Assembly (NCBI GenBank): GCA_963833985.1
Contig: CAWIAD010000002.1
Location: 576,001-640,000, forward strand
Direction: 5' to 3'
From: an uncultured Planctomycetaceae bacterium
GTDB lineage: Bacteria > Planctomycetota > Planctomycetia > Isosphaerales > Isosphaeraceae
DNA: 64,000 nt
Of the stretch, positions 10,637 through 21,003 are shown piece after piece. The notes under the pieces were generated by a model. That model worked only from the letters and a program-made list of their open reading frames with translations, had not been told where the DNA came from and did not search any database. A program made the translations under genes and the position numbers. Every line of letters starts with the position of its first letter. Position 1 is the first letter of the stretch.

Positions 10637-13318
10637 TCACGGCCGCACGCGGAGTTCCGCCACCTGCGCCGACCAGGCCGGCAGCACGACTTCAACCATG
10701 AGCTCGCCGTTCCTGACGGCGGCCCAGGGCTCCGTACAAGCATGTGGCCGGGCGGGATCGAGGCCGATCTCACGGAGAGCGATGCGCCCGCTGACCTTGC
10801 GGCTCACGTCGCTGAGATTGAACACGTTCACCGCCAGCGCCTGCTCGCCAGGCATGACATGCAGATGGATCTCCTCGCTGATCCCGAAGAACTCACCCCT
10901 CTTGTAGAACCGCTCCAGCTCGCGATAGCGGCGCATGGCGGCCTGCTGGGCGCGTACGACCTCGGGCCGGGCATGCGTTCCGCCGATTCCCAGGTGACGG
11001 CAGGTGGAGGCGTACCACCAGAGCACAACGCAATGCTCGTTGTCTTTCCTGAGATCAATGTGCAGGTAGACCGGCACGTTGCAGCCAAGGTTGTAGTCGT
11101 ACAGGGCTCGCGCGCGGCCGCTTTTCAGGTCGGCCATCGGGTCCCACATCAGCTCAAAACCCCAGTTCTCGTCGTAGCTGCCGGACAGGCCGTACTTGTA
11201 ATAAACCGGGGTCATCCGCTCGGTGCTGCCGCCCGCGAGCATGTCGTGCATCTCGATGAGCACGTTCGGGTAGCGGGCATGAACGCGCCGGGCCAGGTCG
11301 ACACAGGCGCGGATGTGGTCTTCCATGCGGTAAGGGATCGGATGACCGTGGGCCGAATCGGTGCACGGTCCGTTCCACCAGGTGCCGTCAAACATCAGGA
11401 ACGCCGCGCCTTGGGCACAACGCGCCAGCAAGCGTCTCTCCGCCTCGGCCAGGAACTGCCGCGAGCCCATGCAGATCAAGGGCCCGGCGTCGGGCACCGT
11501 GGGCGGCCTCGGCCCGCGCCGGACGCCGCGATCATAGGCCGAAGCCTGGTCGGCCGGAACGGGCTTTGCCTCGTACACCTCGATCTCGTCGAATCGCACC
11601 GTGCCCTGGTTGCTGTCCGCAATCTCGACTCGGATCCATCGCGCGGGGATGGGATCAAATCGAAACTCACGGGTTGCTTCCAGCGGCTGGTCCGGATGGT
11701 CCACAACCGTCTTCCAGCCGTTGCGGTCGGGATGATGCTCGACGGCCGTCATGATTCGCAGACGCGTCGCGGCTCGATCGGCAAAGATTCCCTCCTGATC
11801 GTTGCTCAGGCCGATGCGCCCGATCGGGTAGACGGCACCCAGGTCAATCTCGACCCAGGCCGGCATTGTCGCGGCGACCCAGCTCCGCTCGTTGCCATAC
11901 CAGCCGTCGTTCAGATGGGCAACCTGATGAATGGCGAAGCCCGGCAAAGTGGACGAAGCCGTGGCTTTTGCCCCCGGCAAGAGCGCCAGGTTCCGGCATC
12001 CCTCACGAACGGCTGGCACCATCCGGGCGGAACCATCGCCCTCGGCCTCTTTGGGTGGTCGGCGGCGGCACGAAGCGGGCCAGTCCTCGGGTCGGAAGGG
12101 GCCCATGGACATTCCGTCCGAAGACGCCCACGGCGGCATGGGACAATGGAGAGCGAGCTTCAGGTCGTATGTCTCATGGATCAACCTGGTGAACGTTTCC
12201 TGAGGACCCAGCCAGTCCGCGCCCCAGACGAACGATCCGAACGAAGTGTCCCAGCCAGGATCAAGGTAGAGGGCCTCGCATCCGTACGCACGTCCTTTGA
12301 CGGCCTCTTTTTCGAGTGCCTCCCGGGTGTAGCGATGCGGGCGATCGTCCCAGGCTCCTTCCATATCGTAAAGCTGTTCCCAGTGGACGGGCGGGTTGTA
12401 ATCGGCCGGGAACCGGCATCCCTTCTCGTCGAGCAATGCGCGGAAGGCGTAGGCCGCGGGGACAAACCCTCCAGGAACCGACTGGTAGCGCGTGATGCCG
12501 AGGTCGACGACTTGCCCGGGCGCGACCCGCGCCAGCGCGGCCGGCTCGCCCGAGACCATAGCCGCTCCGCCGAAGTGCAGCAGGAAGCCCTCCGGCCCCT
12601 TCTCCAGGGCAAGGACGCTGGAGCGCATCACCTCCTGGCTGAAGGAAAAGATGCCCAGCGTGGACCCGCCATGGGTCCAGGCCCAGCCCTCGGAGGCGCG
12701 ATGCGATGCGGGAATAAGCTTCTTCCGGCGCCAGCTCTCGGCCGGCCGGTACTCCTGGCCGGGCTCGACGATCAGCTCGCTCAGGCTGAAGTCGAGCAAG
12801 CGAGCAGAGTCGGCCCGGTGTCGCAGTGGCACAGCCGCCCAGCGATCGCCGGCGAACTCGGGAAGCACATGACCGGAGCGATCCGTGATCCGCCGCTGGA
12901 GTCCGGCCTGGAACGTGACGAGGTTGATCGTTGAGTCCGTGCCGTTGCGCAGCCGGATCCGCTCCTCCATGATCGGCCGGTTCCCGGGCAGCGTGAAGGT
13001 ATGCTCGACTTCGAGCCCGGCAAGCTGGCCCTGGATCGTGAGACGATTGCTCTCGATGGCGAGCCTCGCAGCGCGCAATCCGCGCTCCTCCAGGGGATCG
13101 TTCGTGCGCTGTGCACGGTAGAGGTAAGGCCCTTCGGCCACGCGGAACGGTAGAGCCCGGTCATCGAGCGTAACCTGGACGGCGCCGCCTTCCACGACCG
13201 TTGCGGCCAGTCGATATGCACCGTTCTCCACACCACGGTCCGGGTTGCCAGGCGCCTGAGGCGCCAGCATCATGACGGCGGTGGCAACAAGGAAAGCCCT
13301 GTCGTGTATGGCGGCCAT
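10637..13318 (-). CDS. Secreted GH36/alpha-galactosidase-like TIM-barrel protein with an inserted discoidin (F5/8 type C) domain
   Basis: Signal peptide; YLDPGWD and FLMFDG resemble the GH36 DDGW and KWD motifs; HARYPNVLIE; insert NLALLPGAKATASS..LNDG..WVEIDLG..ARWIRV..FDEIEVY. Confidence 0.6.
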   Translation of the reverse strand: MAAIHDRAFLVATAVMMLAPQAPGNPDRGVENGAYRLAATVVEGGAVQVTLDDRALPFRVAEGPYLYRAQRTNDPLEERGLRAARLAIESNRLTIQGQLAGLEVEHTFTLPGNRPIMEERIRLRNGTDSTINLVTFQAGLQRRITDRSGHVLPEFAGDRWAAVPLRHRADSARLLDFSLSELIVEPGQEYRPAESWRRKKLIPASHRASEGWAWTHGGSTLGIFSFSQEVMRSSVLALEKGPEGFLLHFGGAAMVSGEPAALARVAPGQVVDLGITRYQSVPGGFVPAAYAFRALLDEKGCRFPADYNPPVHWEQLYDMEGAWDDRPHRYTREALEKEAVKGRAYGCEALYLDPGWDTSFGSFVWGADWLGPQETFTRLIHETYDLKLALHCPMPPWASSDGMSMGPFRPEDWPASCRRRPPKEAEGDGSARMVPAVREGCRNLALLPGAKATASSTLPGFAIHQVAHLNDGWYGNERSWVAATMPAWVEIDLGAVYPIGRIGLSNDQEGIFADRAATRLRIMTAVEHHPDRNGWKTVVDHPDQPLEATREFRFDPIPARWIRVEIADSNQGTVRFDEIEVYEAKPVPADQASAYDRGVRRGPRPPTVPDAGPLICMGSRQFLAEAERRLLARCAQGAAFLMFDGTWWNGPCTDSAHGHPIPYRMEDHIRACVDLARRVHARYPNVLIEMHDMLAGGSTERMTPVYYKYGLSGSYDENWGFELMWDPMADLKSGRARALYDYNLGCNVPVYLHIDLRKDNEHCVVLWWYASTCRHLGIGGTHARPEVVRAQQAAMRRYRELERFYKRGEFFGISEEIHLHVMPGEQALAVNVFNLSDVSRKVSGRIALREIGLDPARPHACTEPWAAVRNGELMVEVVLPAWSAQVAELRVRP

Positions 13319-13355
13319 CGGTCTGTCTTCTCCTTCCGCGCCGATATCGAGGCTC

Positions 13356-14648
13356 TCAGGCTCCGTCGGGCCCAAACAGGGTCGCTTCCCCGCGGACGAC
13401 CTGCTCGGTGACGGTATAAGTCTGGCCGGGCGAACGCTCGGGCAGGTCGTACATGATCTCGAGCATCAGGCCTTCCATGATCGACCGCAGCGCCCGTGCC
13501 CCGGTGCCGCGGGCCTTGGCTCTCCGCGCGATCTCGCGGATGGCGCCATCGTTGAACTTCAGCTTCGCACCGTCGTAGTGGAAGAGTACCTCGTATTGCC
13601 GGGTGAGGGCGTCCTTGGGCGTGGTAAGGATTTTCGCCAGGTCGTCCTCGGAAAGCTGGTTGAGCGTGGCGATGATGGGGAGCCGGCCGATGAGCTCGGG
13701 GATCATGCCGTACCGTTCCAGGTCCTCGGGAGTGACCTGGGCGACCAGCTCGTTGCGTTCCAGCTCGCGATCGTGGGCGCGCTCGTCGCCGCGGCCGAAG
13801 CCGATCATCTTGCGGCCCAGCCGCTTGCCGATGATCTCCTCGAGCCCGACGAACGTTCCGCCGCAGACGAAGAGGATGTCCGTGGTGTTCACCTGAAGAT
13901 ACTGCTGCTCGGGATGCTTGCGGCCCCCCTGGGGCGGGACGTTGGCGATGGTTCCTTCGAGCAGTTTCAGCAGGGCCTGCTGCACGCCCTCGCCCGACAC
14001 GTCGCGGGTGATCGATACGTTCTGGCTGGTCTTGCCAATCTTGTCGATTTCATCGATGTAGATGATTCCCTTCTCGGCGGCCGCGATGTTGTAATCGGCC
14101 GCCATCACCAGCTTGAGGATCAGGTTCTCGACGTCCTCGCCCACGTATCCAGCCTCGGTGAGCGTGGTGGCATCGCCGATGGCAAACGGCACGTGCAAGC
14201 GCCGGGCCAGCGTCTGGGCGAGCGCGGTCTTGCCGCAGCCGGTCGGGCCGATCAGGAGCACATTACTCTTGGAGACCTCGACGTCCTCGAACTCCGGCTC
14301 GGTGACCTCACCTCCCAGTACGCGCTTGTAGTGGTTCACGACCGCGACGGCCAGGGTCTTCTTCACCCGCTCTTGGCCGATGATGTACTGGTCGAGGTGG
14401 CTGACCAGCTCGCGGGGCGTCGGTAGCTTTTCGAGTTTCGCATTCTTGCGCTCATGCTGCTCGAAGACGCTATCGCACATGTCCACACATTGGGCACAGA
14501 TGTGCGTGATCGGGCGGCCGGCAGACATCGGAAGAAGGGCCCGGCCCTCGATCATGGGTCCAGCGTCGGCGGTCGTCCGCCCGCAGAAATCGCAGAGCAC
14601 CAGGGCCTGCGCCGGGGACGAGCTCTCCTGGGTCGTCACGGTTCTCAC
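13356..14648 (-). CDS. clpX: ATP-dependent Clp protease ATP-binding subunit ClpX
   Basis: C4 zinc domain (CDFC..CAQC), [49 protein letters not shown] and IGF loops. Confidence 0.95.
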   Translation of the reverse strand: MRTVTTQESSSPAQALVLCDFCGRTTADAGPMIEGRALLPMSAGRPITHICAQCVDMCDSVFEQHERKNAKLEKLPTPRELVSHLDQYIIGQERVKKTLAVAVVNHYKRVLGGEVTEPEFEDVEVSKSNVLLIGPTGCGKTALAQTLARRLHVPFAIGDATTLTEAGYVGEDVENLILKLVMAADYNIAAAEKGIIYIDEIDKIGKTSQNVSITRDVSGEGVQQALLKLLEGTIANVPPQGGRKHPEQQYLQVNTTDILFVCGGTFVGLEEIIGKRLGRKMIGFGRGDERAHDRELERNELVAQVTPEDLERYGMIPELIGRLPIIATLNQLSEDDLAKILTTPKDALTRQYEVLFHYDGAKLKFNDGAIREIARRAKARGTGARALRSIMEGLMLEIMYDLPERSPGQTYTVTEQVVRGEATLFGPDGA

Positions 14649-14909
14649 TCCACACCGAAGTCACAAGTGGAAAGCAGCTATCGTCCCAGATTGCCAGGGG
14701 TTACGCCAGCGAGAGGCGCGCGGCCGCGGCAATCTGCTCATCCATCGCCTTCTTGACCTGAGCCCCGGCGCGCTCGAAGATGGCATGCATCAGGAACACC
14801 CATGGCCCTGGATCCCGGCGCGACGCCTGAGCCGGGTTCAGAGCGGCCTGCCTGAATCACTCCTTGGTTTTCCATCCTGCTCCACCCCTCCCACCAGAGA
14901 GGAACTCGG

Positions 14910-15870
14910 ATGAACCGTCGCGAGTGGCTGCGCGGCTCTGCCGCGACCGTAGCTGCGTCGACGTTCGCCCTCTCCAGCGCCGGGCTCCACGCCTCCGAAG
15001 ATCCGGACCTTCGCGCAAAGGCCCGGAAGAACTTCAAGCTGGGCATCATGTCGTCGGTCTATGCCGATCTGCCAGTCGAAGTCGCGGCGCGGCAGATCCG
15101 GGCCGACGGCTTCGGCTGCGTGGTGTGCGACTTCGCCTTCGCCGACATCCATTTCAATCCGCTGGAGCCGGACTGGTCCGCGGCGCGGAAGGCCGTCACC
15201 GCGCTGGAGCGCGCCGGGATCGAGCTCGTCAGCCTCTTTGGATATTACAACGTCGTCGATCCCGACGTGAACCGGCGCAAGCTCGGCGCGGCGCGGATCG
15301 AGGCCCTGCTTGCCGCCGGCGACCAGCTCGGCTGCCGCGTGGTCTCGACCGAGACGGGCACGTTCAACTCGCACTCGGAATGGGAAAGCGCACCGGAGAA
15401 CCAGACCGAGCAGGGCTATCTCCAGTGCAGGGCCGTCCTCGAAGCGCACGCTGCGCCTGGCCGAGAAGCATGGTGCGGTGCTGGCCATTGAAGGGTATTA
15501 CCGAAACATCATCGGCACGATCGACCGCGCCGAGCGCCTTTTCCGCGAGATCTCCTCTCCCGCGCTCAAGCTGGTGATGGACCCGTGCAACTACTTCCGC
15601 AGGGACAACCTGTCCCTGATGAAACCGATGCTCGACGCGATGTTCCAGAAGCTGGGTAGCCAGATCGTGATCGCCCACGCCAAGGACGTGCGGCCGACGG
15701 CTGATTCTGAGGATCTGCCCGCGGCTGGCCTGGGCGTGCTCGACTATCCGCTTTTCCTGCGCCTGCTGGCAGGGCTCGACCGTCCCATCCCACTTGTCGT
15801 CGAGCACCTCCGGCGGCCGGACGTGGCACGAGCGAAGGGCTTTGTCCTGGGGCAAATGGATCAGATCTGA
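14910..15870 (+). CDS. Tat-exported sugar phosphate isomerase/epimerase (xylose isomerase-like TIM barrel); frameshift at ~15445
   Basis: MNRREWL Tat motif; LAIEG, LVMDPCN, AHAKD, GLGVLDY, VVEH. Confidence 0.8.
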
Positions 15871-15883
15871 GAATTCTCCACGA

Positions 15884-17326
15884 TCAAAAGGACAGAAGGA
15901 TCTGCCAGATGTACATGCTGGCCAGGCCGTCGATCTCCTCCCAGACGCGCTGGATGAGCTCGCCATCGCCGGAGATGGAGGGGATCTGCACGCGCTTTTC
16001 TTCCCAGGGCGTCACCACGCCGGGGTGCCTGGTCCCCGGTTTGCGTAGTGCGTGATGGCAGGCCGGGGGCGTGGTCGCGGCCGGTGCGAGCGCGTGCTCG
16101 GCTGCCGTGGAGTAGACTCCATGGTCGCGCGTGTAATCGGTCATCGCCCTGACGTTCTCGACTCTGGCGTCGTTCTGAAGGATCGCGCTCGAATCCATGA
16201 TGTAGCCGCCGTCACGAGCGGCGATGTCGATGACTTCCTTGCAACGCCGGCGGACCTCGTCCGGCGTGCCGTGGGCCAGGATGACGTTCGAGATGCCTCC
16301 GCTCAGGCAGAACTTCTCGCCCAGGACATTGTGCGTCCGGGCGATGTCACCCTGATCCACGTGATAGACGATGCTCCGCTCGGGCAGCTCGGCAAACGAC
16401 TCCAGGTGCCGGTCCCATTTCCCCTCGGCGTAGAAGAGCGTCTGGATCCCATCGGCCCAGAGCTCCTCGATGATCGGCTTGACCGTTGGCCAGTAGACGT
16501 TCTTGAAGACTTCGGGTGAGACGAACGGGACTCCGCCACGATGCATCCAGTAGCCGACGGGGACCTGCCGCAAGGGGTCGGCCGTGCTCCGGGCCACATA
16601 TAAAAGGTGAGGCAGCAGCGCCTCGCAGGCCGCGACCACCTTGTCCCGGCGTTCGTGCAGGTCGTCCACCAGGCCCAGGTAACCGCGCAGCTTGTCGGCG
16701 ATGATGTCCATCGGCGCCTTGAGGATTCCCGAGATCGCCGACACCGTGCCGGACTCGGCGCGGAGGCGGGCATTCTGGGTGCCGAAGGCGCCGAAGTACT
16801 CCATCATCGCCATCCCACCCTTGAGGAACGAGAGGTTGTGTGCGCGCGTGACCGGCTCACCCGGTTTGCACACCTCGGTCGAGACGCGCGGCAGCCAGAC
16901 GTCGAGCAGGAAGGCCGTGGGATCGTCGATCAACTGATCGTATTCCTCGGGCTTCATGAACGCGTCATGCTGCGGCGGTTCACGGTACTGGAAGCCCATG
17001 TCCAGCGAGACGTCGATGCCGGGAATGCCGTAATACCGCAGGCCGATCGCCTGGGTCAGCCCGGTCCAGACGTAGACCATGTTCGAGACCACGGCGTCCC
17101 AGTCGAAATCCGCCGCGCACTCGCGCGCGGCAGCGAAGGCCTTCCTGTAATCGTGTGCCAGCTCCTGGCAGGTGTAGCCGGCATGCACGCCGGTGAACTC
17201 GGCCACGAAGGGCCGGATGGGCACCATGTCGGGCTTGCCGTTGCGCAGAGCGGTCACGTAGCGGTTCAAGCGGGACTGGTAGCGTGCCTCCATCGCGGAG
17301 GCTGGATGGCGATCATCGCTTGACAT
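15884..17326 (-). CDS. Uroporphyrinogen decarboxylase-like (URO-D/MtaA superfamily) protein with a C-terminal extension
   Basis: KPDMVP, MKPEEYDQLIDDP, DKLRG, SPEVFKNVYWP, CLSGG, GTPDEV, DGGYIM. Confidence 0.8.
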   Translation of the reverse strand: MSSDDRHPASAMEARYQSRLNRYVTALRNGKPDMVPIRPFVAEFTGVHAGYTCQELAHDYRKAFAAARECAADFDWDAVVSNMVYVWTGLTQAIGLRYYGIPGIDVSLDMGFQYREPPQHDAFMKPEEYDQLIDDPTAFLLDVWLPRVSTEVCKPGEPVTRAHNLSFLKGGMAMMEYFGAFGTQNARLRAESGTVSAISGILKAPMDIIADKLRGYLGLVDDLHERRDKVVAACEALLPHLLYVARSTADPLRQVPVGYWMHRGGVPFVSPEVFKNVYWPTVKPIIEELWADGIQTLFYAEGKWDRHLESFAELPERSIVYHVDQGDIARTHNVLGEKFCLSGGISNVILAHGTPDEVRRRCKEVIDIAARDGGYIMDSSAILQNDARVENVRAMTDYTRDHGVYSTAAEHALAPAATTPPACHHALRKPGTRHPGVVTPWEEKRVQIPSISGDGELIQRVWEEIDGLASMYIWQILLSF

Positions 17327-17336
17327 GAAAGATCCT

Positions 17337-18203
17337 TCACGCGAAGAGCTCGCGCACGTAGTCGGCATTCCGCTTCACATCGGCCGCGGCGTTGCCCGTG
17401 GGGTTCGACGTCTCGAGCACGATCCAGCCGCGATAGCCAATCTCCTTGATGGCCGCGGCAATGGGTGGGTAATGGAGCTTGCCTGTTTCCAGAAAATCTG
17501 GACCATTCTTGAAGTGAAACTGCACGATCCGGTCCTTCAGCAAGCGGATCTCCGCGGGGACATCATAGCCTTTGGTGCCGCCGGTGTTGAAGCAGTCGTA
17601 GTAGATCTTCACGGAGTCGTGGCCGATGCGGTCGAGGATCCGGGCGTTCTGCTCGGCATTGACGTAGTTCTCGATCCCCAGGATGACGCCGGCGTCCCTG
17701 GCCCGAGGTGCGGCAGCTTTGAGACGGGCGACGACCGGATCAACGTCGCCTGGCTTGAGACGGCCGTCCGGGCCGAGCAGGTCGCCGTTGAAGAAGAAAC
17801 CCATGAGGATCACCTTCGCCCCCAGGTCCTGCGCAGCCTCGATGCTCTGCTCGAGCCAGCCTGGCGCACGCGGGTCGGTGGCCAGCGGGCAGTCGTTGAG
17901 CAGGGCCATCATCAGCGAGCTGATGGGCAACCCGGTCTTCTGCATTTGCTCCTTGTAGCGGCGCCGGACATCGGGCCGGCTGATCTCGAGCCGATCCGCC
18001 GGTCCGCCAACGCGCACTTCCACTCCCTCGAGTCCACTCCGCAGCCCGTCCTCCAGCCCGACCGTGCAGCCGCCGATCCTGATGCCGGGGGTGCCCTCGC
18101 GTGCCTTTGCCGAGGCCCTGGGCGTCCAGGTTGAGGTTGAAAGTGTGGCCGCTGTCATCGCGCCCACCGTGCCGCACAGGAATTTGCGTCGTGTGCCGCT
18201 CAT
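17337..18203 (-). CDS. Tat-exported sugar phosphate isomerase/epimerase (hexulose-phosphate epimerase-like)
   Basis: TRRKFL Tat motif; LGIEN, YYDCFN, FHFKN, GYRGWIVLE. Confidence 0.85.
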   Translation of the reverse strand: MSGTRRKFLCGTVGAMTAATLSTSTWTPRASAKAREGTPGIRIGGCTVGLEDGLRSGLEGVEVRVGGPADRLEISRPDVRRRYKEQMQKTGLPISSLMMALLNDCPLATDPRAPGWLEQSIEAAQDLGAKVILMGFFFNGDLLGPDGRLKPGDVDPVVARLKAAAPRARDAGVILGIENYVNAEQNARILDRIGHDSVKIYYDCFNTGGTKGYDVPAEIRLLKDRIVQFHFKNGPDFLETGKLHYPPIAAAIKEIGYRGWIVLETSNPTGNAAADVKRNADYVRELFA

Positions 18204-18429
18204 AATTTCCTCCGAGCCAGCCGTTCGTTGTCACACCTCCTCATTCGACCCCACCCCGCCGGGCCAATCAAGCGGTTGCCCCTGCCGGCCGCGCTTGCCT
18301 CTGCACCGCTCGCTCGGGAGGCCATTCGTCTTCTCACTGTTTTTCCGTTGCGTTTACCAGCGCCTCGTTTATCGTGGTCCTATGCCGGTGCCATAACATC
18401 ACATCGGGATCCACCAGAGAGGCTTTCTG

Positions 18430-19779
18430 ATGCCCTCGGACATCGCGGACAGCTCAAGCCTGGAACGGCTGCTGGAATCGATCCGTGCCGACGATGTGGG
18501 CCTTGCCCGCATGCTGCTCGAACACGATCCTGCCCTCAAGGCGCAGCTCAACGAGCCGATCGGGCCCTTCGATTCACCGGCACTGAGCAGCGCGCGGAGC
18601 CGCGACATGGTGGACCTGCTGCTGGCTGCCGGCGCGGACATCGACGGCAAGAGCCGGTGGTGGGCAGGCGGTTTCGGCTTCCTGCACACGGCCGATCTGG
18701 CACTTGCCGAGTACGCCGTCGAGCGCGGGGCCGCCGTGGACGTTCATGCCGCGGCGCGACTCGGCCTGCTGGATCGGCTCGAAGAATTGCTCTCGGACGA
18801 TCCGGCAGCCGTGCATGCGCGTGGCGGCGATGGTCAGACCCCGCTCCACTTCGCCCGCTCGGTTGAGATCGCGGCCTACTTGCTTGATCGGGGCGCGGAC
18901 ATCGACGCGCGCGATATCGACCACGAATCCACGCCGGCGCAGTGGATGGTCGGCGAGCGCCAGGATGTCGCCCGATACCTGGTGGAGCGTGGCTGCGCGA
19001 CGGACATCCTGCTGGTAGCGGCTCTCGGTGATCTCGATCGCGTGCGTCAGCATCTGGATGCCGCCCCGGAGTGCATTCGCACGAATGTCAGCGCGGAGTT
19101 CTTCCCGATGGCCAATCCCAGAGCCGGAGGAAAGATTTACCAGTGGACGCTGGGTTATCGTGCGACACCCTACCAGGTGGCCGCGAAATTCGGTCATACC
19201 GACGTGCTCGAGCTGCTCATGGACCGCAGTCCGCCCGAGGCGAGGCTGATCGCAACCTGCTGGCTGCACGACGGCACGGCTGTGTCGGCTCTGATCGCAG
19301 AGCACGCCGATCTGGCTGGCCAGACCGCGGCTGCGGATCGCGACGAACTGGCGCACGCCGCGCGGAACAATGACACTCAGGCTGCGCTCTTGATGCTCCA
19401 GGCCGGATTGCCGATTAACGGGCGCGGCCAGCACCGCGCAACCGCCCTGCACTGGGCGGCCTGGCACGGCAATCTCGAGCTCGTCCGGGCGCTGCTGCGT
19501 GAGCACGCCCCGCTCGAGAACGCCGATAACGACTTCCATTCGACGCCCCTCGGTTGGGCCATCCACGGCTCGGAGCACGGCTGGCATCGGCAATCGGGAG
19601 ATTATCCTGCCGTCGTGTCCGCCCTCCTGGAGGCCGGGGCAGAGCGACCGACGACGCCCGCCGCGAACAAGACGATCGATTCCCTCCTGGCTCGCCATGA
19701 CAAGCGGGGCAAGGGAATCGAAAGGGGCTCAATCACGGCAGGTCAGGCAGAGCATCAAGATCAGGCACCAGACGCATAG
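18430..19779 (+). CDS. Ankyrin-repeat protein
   Basis: GQTPLHFA, LLDRGADIDARD, ATALHWAAWHGNLELVRALL, STPLGWA. Confidence 0.9.
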   Translation: MPSDIADSSSLERLLESIRADDVGLARMLLEHDPALKAQLNEPIGPFDSPALSSARSRDMVDLLLAAGADIDGKSRWWAGGFGFLHTADLALAEYAVERGAAVDVHAAARLGLLDRLEELLSDDPAAVHARGGDGQTPLHFARSVEIAAYLLDRGADIDARDIDHESTPAQWMVGERQDVARYLVERGCATDILLVAALGDLDRVRQHLDAAPECIRTNVSAEFFPMANPRAGGKIYQWTLGYRATPYQVAAKFGHTDVLELLMDRSPPEARLIATCWLHDGTAVSALIAEHADLAGQTAAADRDELAHAARNNDTQAALLMLQAGLPINGRGQHRATALHWAAWHGNLELVRALLREHAPLENADNDFHSTPLGWAIHGSEHGWHRQSGDYPAVVSALLEAGAERPTTPAANKTIDSLLARHDKRGKGIERGSITAGQAEHQDQAPDA

Positions 19780-20321
19780 GAATGGGCAGGTCATCGAGAA
19801 AAGCGGATGGGCGATGAGTCCCGGCTGGTTCAGGGAGAGACCTGCTGCCAGTCCCCCTGTGACCATGAGGGAAAGCCCGACTCGTCCCGCGCGGAAGGAC
19901 CATTCCACCAGCCGATCGGCTCGGGGACTGTGTACGTCCCGGTGATGTTTACCCGCGTGGACCGGGTGCCTCGCACAGGAGGACGAAGACGATGCCGGCG
20001 CCCGGGGGCGTCCGCCTTGGGACTGCCTCAGCAGGTGTCTTTGCCTTGCCGCGAAGTGTGGACCAGCCTGGAACGGAGCTGACATCGCAAGCTCCTCGCG
20101 AAAGAAATGCTGAAAGGAATTGGGCCAGGAAGCGGAGTTGAACTTGACTGGAGCACCAGAGCACGATGGTTCTGTAATTGAATGTCAGGAGCTGGCTCGA
20201 TCGCGCAACAAGCCGTGGATTTTTTTCAGGAGCGGGAAGGCCCGTCGCGATTGACCGATGACTTTCTGTAGGATTATTGAGACATATCGAGCAACGACAC
20301 CCCTCGATCCGGAGACTGATC

Positions 20322-20915
20322 ATGCCCGAGGGCTCCGTGACGGTGATGATTCGACGTCTCCGCGCCGGCGATCGCGCTGAGGTTGCCTCGCTGTGGAACC
20401 GCTACTTCGAGCGCCTGGCCCAGCACGCTCATCCGATCGTGCCGTGGGGAGCATACGGCCGCGAGGATGCTGCGCTTTCGGCCATCAACGACTTTTGCGA
20501 TGGGATGGTGCGCGGCAAGTTCTTGTACGTGGAGGGTCGCGAGGTGCTCTGGGCGACACTGGCCCGGATTACGGAACGCAAGGCACTCAGGGGTGTCCGG
20601 CGGTTCCGGCGGGAAGTTTCCTTCGAGGCCCTGCCGCCGGGTACGAGGCTTTTTGACATCGGCGTCGACGGCGTCGCGTTCATAGAACCCACACCCGAAT
20701 ATAAGGCCCTGGTGAACATGACCCTTGCCGAGCTGATCGACGGATTACCCAACCCGCTCTGGCGGCAAGCTGTCCTGCTCCGGCTCGAAGGCCACAGCGT
20801 GCCGGAGATCGCGGCCCGTCTTGGCAAGAAAAGTCCCCGAATCGTCCAGCTCTGGTTCCGGGCCATCGAGGCAATCTGGCGGGAGCGGCTCGGGGGGGAC
20901 TCCCATGTCGATTGA
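20322..20915 (+). CDS. Planctomycete ECF-type sigma factor, kinase-associated
   Basis: GSVTVMIRRLRAGD..LWNRYFERL..EDAALSA..LW..ITERKA..LRLEGHSVPEIAARLG; lies directly upstream of a Ser/Thr kinase. Confidence 0.8.
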   Translation: MPEGSVTVMIRRLRAGDRAEVASLWNRYFERLAQHAHPIVPWGAYGREDAALSAINDFCDGMVRGKFLYVEGREVLWATLARITERKALRGVRRFRREVSFEALPPGTRLFDIGVDGVAFIEPTPEYKALVNMTLAELIDGLPNPLWRQAVLLRLEGHSVPEIAARLGKKSPRIVQLWFRAIEAIWRERLGGDSHVD

Positions 20916-21003
20916 TTGCGCAAAATCTCCCGATCGCGGCATCCTGAGGGAAGACGGGCTCGCCTTGTCTCTTTCCTCAGGCAATCGGGAGCAAGAATAC
21001 GTG

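Noticed and set aside
19729..20085. 118-aa minus-strand ORF with a hydrophobic C-terminus
   Set aside because: No recognisable family and it overlaps the ankyrin gene end; cannot be supported, though not excluded
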